36,318 nt of DNA from Asterionella formosa. Taxonomy: Eukaryota. A model generated the notes under the pieces. It was not told the origin of the DNA. It worked only from the letters and a program-made list of their open reading frames with translations, and did no database searches. Below are positions 10,576-21,991 of the stretch, in pieces; position 1 is the first letter of the stretch; each line of letters begins with the position of its first letter. Where the stretch lies: positions 1-36,318 of the forward strand of contig NKIB01015365.1 in assembly GCA_002256025.1 (NCBI GenBank), read 5' to 3'. The position numbers and the translations under genes were made by a program.

Positions 10576-11931
10576 ATGTCATCTGGAACACTTCCTTCGG
10601 CATCATATCATAGAGCGCAGTCGCTAGGCTCTGGCACTTTTGGTTCAGTTGTTGCCGTTTACAATGACGATGGAGAAGAGTTCGCTTTGAAACTTTTTCT
10701 CGATGAGGAGAGCGACGATGAAGAAGATAATCAGGATGTGGGCATGAATTTGGGAGCTCTTCGAGAGATTTCCATTCTCAGACTGTTGAGAGGCGAAAAC
10801 AAACACCAGAATATTGTGGAAATGGTTGATATTCAGGAGGGTTTTGGTGAAGACGAGGATGGTGGAGGTACCGCTGGGGTTCTCGCCATTGCTATGCCTC
10901 TTTACAAGGACGGAACGCTTGGCAACGCAATTGATAAAGGTTGGCTGCAGTCCAAAAAAATGAAAGTAAAAATTGCTCATGGGATACTTTGTGGCCTTGC
11001 ATATCTGCATGACAATGGTATTATCCATAGAGACCTTAAAGCTGACAACATCATGGTGATCCAGGAGGAGGATGGTAATCTGAAGCCAGTTTTGATTGAC
11101 TTCAGTCTAGCCAAACTTGTTGATAGTACGATGTATGGAAGGACATTGTTTGACAGCCATGGAGACACCGAGCCTACGCATACTACTCAAGTGGGATCTG
11201 CTACCTACACGGCCCCAGAAATCTTGGCCGATGAACCTTATGGTCTCAAGGTGGATCTATGGAGCGTCGGCGTAATTTTTTTGGAAATCCTTCAGAATCA
11301 CACGTTGATTGCAGAAAAGAATCGCGAGGCAGAAAGGCTGATTGTACAAGCTAAAGAATCATTGCCAGATCAGCCATTTGCGAATCTAATCCGAGGATTA
11401 TTAAAATTAGACCCCTGCAAACGACTATCGGCTCGAGGAGCTCTGGAGTCTTCTCTCTTCGCCAAATTTGGTTTACTAGTCCCACCTGTCAAGCTATTAG
11501 AAATCGAGGTAGCCTTGCCAATCGAAAATGGTGACGAGGATGAAAACACGCAACAGGTTATGAAAGCCCAAAAACCCATGCTATCCAAGGTCCTTGAGAG
11601 ACGCATTAAAACGATTCGAAAGATTTGCCACGAAATTGATGCCCAACATCCCATGACAGCGTTAACAGCTTTTTGTTACTGTGAAAGATTCTTTCAGCTT
11701 GATGATGAAATTGATAACCAAAGTAAGTCACAAGGTCTTTTGGATTGCGTTCTACTTGCAAGTAAGTATTGGGAGTTGGAATTGCCAAGCTTTCGAGATT
11801 TAGAGGGAAATGGTAGCTTTTCCAATTGGTCTATTGAAGAATATGAAGACAATGAAGCGACCATATGGATGATGATGGATTATTGTTTGCTCCCTCGTGG
11901 AGTTCCTCACTTTCTTTCCAAGCACATCTAA
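10576..11931 (+). CDS. CDK-like Ser/Thr kinase with a C-terminal cyclin-box-like domain (451 aa, intronless)
   Basis: Kinase motifs GSGTFG, ALK, GMNLGALREISIL (PSTAIRE-helix equivalent), HRDLKADN, DFS, YTAPE and DLWSVG. The C-terminus TAFCYCERFF...CVLLASKYWE...EATIWMMMDYCL resembles a cyclin N-box. Confidence 0.9.
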   Translation: MSSGTLPSASYHRAQSLGSGTFGSVVAVYNDDGEEFALKLFLDEESDDEEDNQDVGMNLGALREISILRLLRGENKHQNIVEMVDIQEGFGEDEDGGGTAGVLAIAMPLYKDGTLGNAIDKGWLQSKKMKVKIAHGILCGLAYLHDNGIIHRDLKADNIMVIQEEDGNLKPVLIDFSLAKLVDSTMYGRTLFDSHGDTEPTHTTQVGSATYTAPEILADEPYGLKVDLWSVGVIFLEILQNHTLIAEKNREAERLIVQAKESLPDQPFANLIRGLLKLDPCKRLSARGALESSLFAKFGLLVPPVKLLEIEVALPIENGDEDENTQQVMKAQKPMLSKVLERRIKTIRKICHEIDAQHPMTALTAFCYCERFFQLDDEIDNQSKSQGLLDCVLLASKYWELELPSFRDLEGNGSFSNWSIEEYEDNEATIWMMMDYCLLPRGVPHFLSKHI

Positions 11932-12210
11932 ACTAGTCATTCGTACTCCTCTCAGCACATTTTTGTTTTGATCCCGTAAATGGTTTTGATTCAGAATAAG
12001 ATAGTTGGTGTACAATGCTTGTGACCATTGATGTTTATCTTCTTTACACCCCAATTCCGTAGGCAATATATTCCGGGTTTCCATTGGGGCATCTCATTAC
12101 CTAGGCTTGTTTGTCGTGCTCATAGGAGATATTAGATCAAACAAGACCCAGCCAGTTACAAAAATGCAGAACAAGAAAAGTATAAATGAGGTGATAGTAT
12201 TGATTTTCAA

Positions 12211-12759
12211 CAGGGCATGACAGTATCCCAATTTCCACTCAGTCAGGATCTATCATTTGATCTGTTTTCTAATGATCCAACATTGCATGCCAATGGAATT
12301 TCCTGCCAGTACCAATTACATATTTACTTGTAAAGTTGATTCATTTTGATTTTCATGGTGCACTACTCTATATCCAACACATATCAGCATATATCTAAAA
12401 ATGTTTCAGTGATTTGTGTTGTGAATGCAAAAAACAAAATGTTTGTGCATATTAATGATGAAGTATTCCCAAAAACCAATATCATACCCAAATATTTTCA
12501 AAATTCATGCAGGATTTCACTCATTTATGAAAATATTTGAATCCATGACTTATTTTCATAAATAAACTATTTTACCCCATATAAATGAAACTCATTTTCT
12601 CCGCCATGGTGAAAAACGAAAAATGGATGTTTTGGAAACGTTTCAAAAAAATCTCCATGAAATTATTGCTTTAGAGTCATGCAATCCATAATTGAGAATT
12701 AAATTAAGAATATACTACCGGTCATTTATTTTAAATGATTCAATGTATGATATGCCCTG
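12211..12759. mobile_element. Candidate non-autonomous hAT-like MITE (~549 bp)
   Basis: Terminal inverted repeats CAGGGCAT (12211-12218) and ATGCCCTG (12752-12759). Flanking 8-mers ATTTTCAA/ATTTTAGA match at 6/8. AT-rich non-coding interior. Confidence 0.4.
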
Positions 12760-13307
12760 ATTTTAGATTTTTCAAAACAAATCCCCTGCCCTCTGTAATG
12801 CAACCTTCACTTATTTATCTATCATATGCTTGAATCAAATATCTAAACATGTTGGTTAAATATAAATATAAATGTAGCAAAGCACCCTAATAATGGATTT
12901 CATTCAATCATGATGGAAGGTAGGGTAGGTCATATGAAACAATCAAATATAAAGTGAACGTCAAGCAGAACCGCCAAGACCAGACTTTTCAGCCATCAAT
13001 TCATACTTTAGATTATGTATAGTTTTGAACAAGTCCAGAGGCGTGGCAGAAATATACTATTGTTCATGGCGGAAATTCATGATTTGCAATTAGATTAGTA
13101 CAAGTAATGAATATTTCATGCGTTGATTTCCTTTGTTCGTGTCTCCTTTGAGATGGCAGATGGTTTTGTGACTGAGGGATGCAATGTTAAAGCAGGTAAG
13201 ATTAAGTTTTGGTGTAAGGAGATGGCTCTACAACAACAACAACATTTGTAGTCTCAAGGGTGTATTCCTATCCTCATGATCATGTGACAGGACTTTCAAA
13301 CCAAGGA

Positions 13308-14643
13308 TCACTTGTAATCATTCCTCATGTTGCTGGATGCTGAGTTTGAGGCATGGCGCAACAGCAAGTCGATTGCAGCGAGCATGAAAGAATGTGGGTC
13401 AGTCCCATTTGGTGTTTGACCTCTTAGATCTTGGAATGTTCCTTGGACGCCCAATTGCGCCAGGGAGTTGAAATAAGTGTTATCATTTGCACTCATTATT
13501 CTGGCTTGATGATAGTGACTGCTTTCGGTATTCCTAATGTTTTGTTGCTGGTTCGTGATGAAGGCATTTTGCAAAGATGGTGTCCCATTTTTGTGGGTCA
13601 AACGATCAATTACGTTGCTCATCCTCTGATGGCGATCAGTACGGGTATCATTGTCAACATTGAGGGTGACTGAAAATGGGGAAGGGCCTTGAGCATACGA
13701 ACCGGCAATGTCCCCTGGTGACACAGTAAAGGCAGGTGATGGCTGAAGCTCCGTTAACTGAGTAGGCCCTGTGGGGGGACCAATCATGTTTCCAATACCT
13801 GACCTGTGTCCAGATTGGAACTGATACTTTTGTTTCGAGGAGGTTAAAGCCCTGCGTGTTGCTGCAGCAGTTACAGATCGCATCCTTCCCATGAGTGTCT
13901 TGTTGTCCTTTCGAAACAAGTCGTGACCAAAGATAATCTCTCTCTTGCGATGGATGCGGTCAGGAGATACAGTGACCTGACGAAAGCCCCATCTGTAAAG
14001 CTTTCGAGTGAAGCTGGCGAACTTGCCTTCGCGGAAGAACATAGGCAAAAGTTCTTTGACAAGGTCATCCTTGCTCCGGATGATAAAAGCTCGGCCATCC
14101 ATGGTCCAAGAGACAGTCGCGTGCTCAATTTCCTTGCCACAATCAGTCGCGTATTCGCGGTCGACGTATGTTAGCATGAGCATGAGCTGTAGTGAACAAG
14201 TTGTGGCAGACGAACAAAAGAAGTTGAGTTAGATCAAGGCAGATGGGAGGTGGAGGGCGTTATTGTGCCTTCCGTACCTTTTCGGGAAACGTTAGAGTTG
14301 CATGGTGATCTCTGACGAACTCAGGTAGATCTGAGGAGTGGGTGGCATATTTGTGCAAGCCGAGGAGGAAAGCACTAGTGGGTGATGAGCCTGGAGGATA
14401 TGGGCTGGATTCTCGCACCTGCAGCGGATCTCGACCCCCTTGCCCAATGTCAACGACATGGTTCGATTCTGGTGACAAGGTCGAAACAGCGCTGAATGAA
14501 GGCATTAACTGGATATTCACCGTTTGATTCACTCCTGAAAACTGTTCTTTATCATGGACTGAACTAATAGCTGTACCGGTTGATCCTCTACTAATGTGCG
14601 ACCTATCTTGGAGTCGTCCTTCGACAGGGCGCTCGTTTTGCAT
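13308..14643 (-). CDS. Heat-shock-factor (HSF-type DNA-binding) transcription factor; exons 14643-14278, 14186-13308 (414 aa)
   Basis: The spliced HSF DBD reads FPEK|LMLML...VSWTMDGRAFII...LLPMFF...KFASFTRKLYRWGFRQ...FGHDLFRK. GT-AG intron of 91 nt. Confidence 0.9.
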
Positions 14644-15897
14644 TATCAAGGGTCGTATTAGACTTAGTGGAATAGTTTAAAAGAAGCACTTCGCAGCCTT
14701 CCGATGATATCGGATCGTCTAGCCTACAAAGCGTGACCGTTGTTGCAATCAACAGGTTTTAATTTCCACTACCCCTCCTCCTTGTTGAACGGAAGTGACA
14801 AATTGTGGCTTGCTTTTTTGTGCGAATTGCTTGTGATAATGTAAACAACATAAACGACATACTAGTACCGAGTAGCCACTACCTGGTACCAGGTACCAGG
14901 CACTACTAAACAAGCCACGCCTAACAATTGCTTCTTGCTTGCTTCGCATAATGATGTAAATATTAGTAGCAAACTGCCGTATGTAGAGCCATCCTACCGT
15001 GTCCTAACTTGCATACTAATACAATAGTAATTGCGGAATAGCACCTGGTAGAGTTCCTGTCATCTATTACTATTATACACCTGTGTACCAGGTAGTCTAA
15101 TAAAATCAGAAAGTGTTGTCATGAAATATGCATTGAGCCATGTTCTTTCTTCAAAAGTGACGGGCGGCATGTGATGCATGCAGCAGGGTTGAGAACTCCT
15201 TTGGCTTCTATTGCCCCTAAACTCCCAAGCGTTCATCTGGCTTCAAGTTCCATCCTGTCCTCCGTTGAATTATGTGCTACGAACGGAGGCAACCAAGACT
15301 CTATTTGTTCCAAAAAGCATTACGAGGCAATTCATTCAAATTTTCAGAAAAACGGTGTCAAAAGAACGACAAATTGCAACGGACGTGAGATGATCATTGG
15401 GTGCAGCACATCACTTGCCCTGTGATACAATCCCATTGTGTTCACTCATCAGTTGGCGAAGGAATGCAAATACCTATATATGTAATAAAATAAGAAGTTA
15501 CACCATCAGCCATTGCGCACAGTAACAGGTACAACTGCTACGTACGGTGTTACCGGTCGTTTTGGTTGTACCAGTACCCTGGTTCTACCTGGCACTAGGT
15601 ACTATTGTATGATGTGTACTCCGTACTCCCTACAATGATCATCATTAACACATTTATGATCGCTTTTTATGTAAAATTCTGCTTTCATCACACATTATCA
15701 CGTGCTGTTATCAACTCATATCTTTTTGTTCTTCTTTCCTTTAGCTTGCCCATTAGCTTACCACTCGACCTCAACAGATTCGAAATCTTTACATAGTTTC
15801 CTGAATCGCAACCTGTGTTCGCAGCAAGCATTTCACTGATTGCGCTTGACGCACGGGCTTAACAGGGAGGGAGCACAAAGAATTTGAAGGATCGAGA

Positions 15898-16585
15898 ATG
15901 CGTTTGTTGTTGGCTTGCTTATCATTGGTTGCTTGTGATGTGGATGGATTTGTGGTTCACGAGGGGTCAAAATTGTTTAGATCCTTGCCAAAAATATGGG
16001 CAAGAGCAGCAGATGAAGTGCAACGCCTTCGAGAAGAAGCAGACCGTCTTCGACAAGAGGTGGCTGCGTTTCAGCAGCTCAAATTCGAAGCGGAAGAGAA
16101 GGGATGCGGAGAAGAAAAGTCAAGATGAGAGACAAGAAGTCATAAATAGATACTCAGCCGAAGTTCCCATTTTCAAAGAAGATGGAAGCACCGTGATGGA
16201 AAGAGTGAATTTCTCTCCTTGGTATAACGATGGCTCCTCGAGAATAGTTGTCGTGGAAGCTGCTTTGCCGATGGCGATTTTGTTGGGGGAATCAGAGAAC
16301 TTCCCAGGGGCGATTAGCGTAGATGAGGTCACTGGCGGTGGCAATGGAGAACTTGCCGGAGTCAAGGAAGGCGACTTGCTTAGGGCTTGTACCGCATGTC
16401 AAAGTATCATGGAGGCCCCTACTTGGCAAATTCTCGCTGGAGGTATTGGTATGCCAAAGACCAAGAGATTCATGTATTCTGTGGACCGTCGGCCATTTGA
16501 AGAAGTTATGGGCGCTGTTGGTTCCAATCGAATGGACCCAGATCAAAGGCCAGTTGTGCTCGTGTTGGAAAAAAGAGATTTCTAA
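15898..16585 (+). pseudogene. PDZ-like domain protein with signal/transit peptide and coiled coil; 1-nt frameshift near 16098-16103 (pseudogene or assembly error)
   Basis: Frame A gives MRLLLACLSLVAC...DGF...EVQRLREEADRLRQEVAAFQQLKFEAEEK. Frame B continues RDAEKKSQDERQE...PMAILLGE...GGNGELAGVKEGDLLRA...VVLVLEK. No intron-sized gap separates them. Confidence 0.65.
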
Positions 16586-18407
16586 AGCTACCGGTAGTCT
16601 ACCCGGGTATTCTTAGCTTATTCTGTCTCTGAAGCGGGTGTTTCATGCGACACAGAAGGTGTCACCAAACTTCTTATTCATTCTTTCGCACAATTTCGTG
16701 CCGATTCAAGATCAAGCTGAGCCGTCTCGCTGGTTTTTATAGTTTTTGGTAAGATTGATCACGGGTCTAAGCACTTTTCATCAAGGCGAAAAGGAAATTT
16801 CATGACAATCCATCCGATCGTTGTCGTCTATAGTTTTCTTCCTATTTTCTTTTTGGATTTTTCAGAATTCATCGAAAGTCGACTACTGATCATGTATTTT
16901 GGTTCACTTTCTTGAATAGAGTTCCATGCAAGAGAAATAGTACCTACTGTACACGGAAATTTTCTCATCATGAGCTTGCATTGGAAGGAAAGAGCAAAAA
17001 GTTCAAGTTCAAGCTAGTATATTTCATGCATCTGTCTATGAAAACATGTTCCAACCAACTTGATCTACTTTGCCCTTGACAATTGGTGGCGTAGTATGAA
17101 CAGAACGGAGCACTGTAAGCTCAAACAGGTATTGATGGAATGTTCATAATTGAGCTTGATCAGAGCTGGGAGCTCGATGGCTAACTGTAAATTATTTCAG
17201 CCATACTATATTAGGTCTATCCTAATATTCATCATCAAGCAAAGCAGAGGATGAGCAAAATGAACCACTACCCTGGCCATGATATACATCATCATGAATA
17301 CTCCAGCTAAAAGATTGGTACATTCATATTTTAGAATGATATATCAGGTCTTGTACCAGTTATATCTATCTAGACTCGACATAAAATACAGCCAAAAAAA
17401 TTTCATGCCTACCACCAGTGCACACAAATATACCGGGTACCTGGTACCATATTCTAGAGTCTAGAGTACCATACCTGGTACCAATATCAGGAGTACCTGC
17501 ACCAAATATTCCGCAATCCAATTCCTCATGCCCTGCTGACAGCTAATGCATTCATGATGGTTGTCCTCATGATATCATACCTCCATTCCACCTGTTGTCT
17601 ACCAGTCGCTATGAATATGTAGTTGATGCAGTGCAAAGCAAATTTCTTCTTATTTTTCGTCGGTATCAACGCTGCTTCTTATGGAGACCGGTAATGCATA
17701 TTCTTTATTTTTTTCATATCATGGACTTAATATATACTGGTACCTGGTACCGGTATGTTAAAGTATTACCTTTTTAGATAGATCTATATTGTTAGACAAA
17801 GAAGGCTATAGATAGAGATGTTCGTTTCTCTTTCATTTCTATATTGTTATTGTGAGTTACTAAACAGGTTTAGGCTGTTCGGTTTGAATCAACAAACGAA
17901 CTATTCTCCAAATGCTATACATTCATAGGTAGACTCATGTCTATATCACACTTACTGATCATAGGTTGATAACCATTGATCATTCATTTCAAACTATCGG
18001 TCTTCCGAAATAGTTTATATTGTCCAGCTCATTATGGCCGGAGTAACAACATTGAACGTGTGGTTGATGAGAGCAAAGTCGACTTATTCGAATCATTTGT
18101 CTCATTTGACTGTGTGTCGCAACTACGTACCCGATAGATCGATTAATTAGACTACCAGGTACCGGTACCGGTACTCAAATATTAGCTTTTAGCTACAGGA
18201 AGGCTGAATGCACTCACTGCTCATCGAGATCAGCCCAGCAAAAATTTGAAACAGATTCAACACAGAAGTGTGAACAAAATAGCAGATAATAAGGAGCAAT
18301 TTCATTGTAGAGGAGGAGGCACTTCCGAGCAAGTCACATACCGGTATACTCGTCTGCAATACTGACACCGGAGGTTCGAGCTTTGAAAGAAGGAAGAAAG
18401 ATTAAAG

Positions 18408-19907
18408 ATGAAGTGGACTTTTGTCAATCCGTTGATGTTCTTTTGCGTTGCTTGTCAATGTCAAGGATCAGTGAACACTGCAATTGACGTCTTTCATAGT
18501 GGATCAGAAAAAAAATCTCCATCCTACAGAATTTTGGCAGAAACAATTCGAACCAAGTTGGAGGATGCACCCAATCTCGAAAAAATTGAGAAAGCGCTTG
18601 TCTCGCTTTCCTCCGCGCAACACACCTTGAAGGGATTGGATGGAGCCGCTCACGAAGCGTACCAGCGAACCCACAGAAATGCAGGAGACATCAGTGGTGC
18701 ATCTGGTAGGGCGAAACGAAGTGCTGCAAGAGCAGGTAGCACCGCAGATGCCTTGCTGGCAGCTGAACTTACTGAGCTACTAGAAAATCCAGACATTTTC
18801 GAATTGGAACTGGACAATGCCAACAACATCAATGGAACATTGGCTGGTCGATTGATTGTAGCAAATGTAACACAACTCAGGCTAGATCGGTTGACAAATA
18901 TTTCTTGCCTTGTACTGTATGAACCCTCATACACTGGTGGCTCTGGGTTAGACCATGGAGGCATTGACGATTTGGCCGAAGACAGCAGTGCCAAAAGTAA
19001 AGGTCGCTTATTAGTCGTCGTGAGTGACAGTGCAGCAAACGATTTGACTCGAATCATGGATATTCTTGACTCTAATCCCCTTCAGGTCGGCCTGCACGCT
19101 GGCCTTGTTGCGAATGAAGTGGCTTCGGTACAACCCGCACTTTATCACGCAGCTGGAAGGCTAGTGAGGGCATTAGAGCCGTTGCTGGAAAATTATAACT
19201 CTACAGAGGTTGCAATTCACTTCGTCGGGAGATCACTTGCCGGTGGAGTCGCTAGCTTGGCCGCGACAATTCTGGATGGATCACTGCCTCTACCTTCTGA
19301 TCGAAGGATGAAAAGCAAAAGGAGAGGGTCACGCGACCAGGTCGCTTTCACACAGAAGACCGCCAACAAGAATTTTACTAGAACGGAGTTAGAAGGCTTT
19401 GGTCGAGGGCGATCATCAGCAATGGTGCTTGGAACTCCACCGTGCTTATCAGCGAATGTTAAAGCTGCATTTGTCAAATCCATAATATATGGAGACGACG
19501 TAGTTTGCAGAACAACTCACGATAGTCTTGAACGACTTGTGTCTAGAACCAAGAAGGCCTTAAAAGGAGGTATCTTGGGACGAAATTTGGGCTGGGTAAC
19601 GGATACAGTGTCTTTGACAGTCTCAAGTATGTCTCGACATGCCCAAGGAAGTGAAGGTGAAGAGGAGAGACTATCTGTTCCAGGTCAAGCATTCTTGATT
19701 CGACCTCGAAGACTAGGCGGTACTTGCAGCATGCACGAAGTAGGAGGTCAGAAAGGGGGAAGAGAAGCTTTGCGAGCTGCTATTCTGTGGCAACTTAGCG
19801 ATATCCTGCTTAGTTCAAGTTTTTGGAAACATCACCAACTGGACTCCTATATCCACGGATTGGCTAAAGTGCAGCTCAGAGGAGTCGATGACAAAGAGCA
19901 GTATTAA
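18408..19907 (+). CDS. Class-3 (fungal-type) lipase-like alpha/beta hydrolase with signal peptide (499 aa)
   Basis: Nucleophile elbow IHFVGRSLAGGVASL, GTPP, acid motif GDDVVCR and His motif HHQLDSY. Hydrophobic N-terminus. Confidence 0.78.
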   Translation: MKWTFVNPLMFFCVACQCQGSVNTAIDVFHSGSEKKSPSYRILAETIRTKLEDAPNLEKIEKALVSLSSAQHTLKGLDGAAHEAYQRTHRNAGDISGASGRAKRSAARAGSTADALLAAELTELLENPDIFELELDNANNINGTLAGRLIVANVTQLRLDRLTNISCLVLYEPSYTGGSGLDHGGIDDLAEDSSAKSKGRLLVVVSDSAANDLTRIMDILDSNPLQVGLHAGLVANEVASVQPALYHAAGRLVRALEPLLENYNSTEVAIHFVGRSLAGGVASLAATILDGSLPLPSDRRMKSKRRGSRDQVAFTQKTANKNFTRTELEGFGRGRSSAMVLGTPPCLSANVKAAFVKSIIYGDDVVCRTTHDSLERLVSRTKKALKGGILGRNLGWVTDTVSLTVSSMSRHAQGSEGEEERLSVPGQAFLIRPRRLGGTCSMHEVGGQKGGREALRAAILWQLSDILLSSSFWKHHQLDSYIHGLAKVQLRGVDDKEQY

Positions 19908-21516
19908 TATCTTATTTTCACCTTATAAGATCCGCAAGAGAAAGGAGAGTAAGTTCTATTGTTCCTTAGGCCAAAATGGCAATACAGATTCATTTCTCGT
20001 ATCTCTCCCAATCATTTTAGTTGCAATGCCTTTAGACTACCTAGTAACTGTAGTTACATTACATATTGATTTTCCTTTTTCATAAAAATAAATTACAGAT
20101 CACTGATATTCTGGGAAATGATAGTAGGCGCATTCTGATAATTAAAAATAATATGTTATGTGTGTTATCATTATTTTGGTAGTTTGACAAATAACCAATA
20201 TTGTTGTTTCATTCTGATAATCAAAATATTTTAGATTGCTTATCTGACATCAAATATAAATTTAAATTTAATCTAACAGTTAAATTTTCGTAGCAATTTA
20301 TCCTCTCATTTGTTATGCCTCCTTTTGTATTTACTTATATATATAATAGTCATTTTTGTGACACTTGCTTTGTGTAATAGACCTCCAGCAACTCTTGTCT
20401 AGCTATTCCACCGACTGATTTTCCAGGTGATATAAAGAATCAATGTTGACCATGATGAATTGGAAGCATTACAAAGCTCTAGAGGGGTAAGATTTCTTTT
20501 CCTACACAGCGATTTGGAGGCTGATGATTGACCCTGACAAGAACACAAGCCAACTGATATTTTATTGCATCACATGTATGCAGCATGTCATTCTACACAA
20601 GTAGACTGGTTCTAGTATGACTCATTGAAATAACATGACCATGTCACACCCACCTGTAGCATGGAAGGCGAAGTTGGACAAATACTATTTTGAGATTTCT
20701 ACTTATACATTCATAGACAAGATTGCCATAGTTATACATGAATCAACAATAGGCAGTCTGATGGCTGGTTTGGTACAGCTCATATTTACTGCAGCTATTC
20801 AGCAATGAAGCTATGAGGCTTCATAAACATTATAACAATCATTGTTGATTTGAACAAAGACAATCTCCATCATATCAAGTTTGTGTAGTTGTTTGCTAAT
20901 CCTCTTGGTTAAAGTAAGTCAAATGCAAGTTAAGTGTATTACACTTTCGAGTATTTACATATCAATATGATTGATTTGTAGATGTATTTCGAGAGCAGCC
21001 ATTTCTGGTATGAGCAAGTCTTGAAATATTCTGGGAAATCATATGTAGTCATATACAAATTGACATATTTTTGAATATTTCTGGTACCGGTACCTTGTAC
21101 ACTGCTACTTGTATGCATAAAGAAAGCCAACTGCAAATTTTTTTGGTTATGAGTGCAACGACTTGTGTTGTTTTATATAATAATGTGGTCTAGTATAGCT
21201 CTACATATATTTTGTAAGGATAATGAGAGTGCACCCAGTGAGTGGCGGACGTACAAAGTACCTGGTACGACTCTGAGACACGCAACGCCAGTAGGCCATA
21301 TTTTACATCTGCCCGGATATATTGTACATACGCCACCTGGTACCTGGTACCAGGTACCTGGCACCACGACCAGCACTGTACGTACATAAGATACTGCCAC
21401 ATTTTTGACCAAACAAAAAATTTCACCTCTATACCAGGTACCGGTACCAATAGCTACCAGGTTACAGTACTACAGACAGTTAATATTGTATTTATCTACC
21501 TTTTTCAGCAGTGTCG

Positions 21517-21589
21517 TCTCTGTTAGCTCAGTTGGTAGAGCGCGGGACTGTTAATCCTGAGGCCGTAGGTTCGATCCCTACACAGAGAG
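21517..21589 (+). tRNA. tRNA-Asn (anticodon GTT)
   Basis: Cloverleaf: acceptor TCTCTGT/ACAGAGA, D arm GCTC/GAGC, anticodon stem CGGGA/TCCTG with loop CT-GTT-AA (GTT 21550-21552), T arm GTAGG-TTCGATC-CCTAC, discriminator G. Confidence 0.96.
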
Positions 21590-21590
21590 C

Positions 21591-21595
21591 TTTTT
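21591..21595 (+). terminator. RNA polymerase III oligo-dT terminator
   Basis: A T5 run begins 2 nt after the tRNA 3' end. Confidence 0.75.
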
Positions 21596-21991
21596 CTTCG
21601 TTATAGTTGTATCCCTGTACTTGGAAGCGTACATGCGTCCCGTTAAGGGTCATTTTTTTGGATCAAACCACGTAGTGGCACCAGCAAGTTGTCTTTGTCC
21701 CGGATTAAATTGTTGATTTAAGCAAATTGACCGCAACTTGCAGTAGACTATCATTAGTCGGAAAGAGGCTATGTTCTGGTATGACTCGACTCCTCCTACC
21801 GGTATGATTCTGGTAAATTAATAGTCTTCAATTTATGAACCGTTACATACTTCTCATTATGACATCATAATTATGGATACAAAAAAAGCGGAATTTTTTG
21901 TAGGAGGCTGATTGCTTGGGACAGGCAGGTGATGTTGATTCAATCTTCCTAGCTGGCCTTTTTTCCTATTTTCTATAGCTATTTCAAGAAT

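Noticed and set aside
15171..15425. Short ORFs between the HSF and PDZ-like genes
   Set aside because: Non-ATG or weak starts and no recognizable domain.
20090..21080. AT-rich, CpG-poor stretch suggestive of an old TE
   Set aside because: No termini or protein motif could be identified, so no feature was called.
21153..21526. Short ORFs rich in VPGT/WYQV (also near 23000-23270 and 28427-28715)
   Set aside because: These are translation artefacts of the stop-free palindromic GGTACC repeats.
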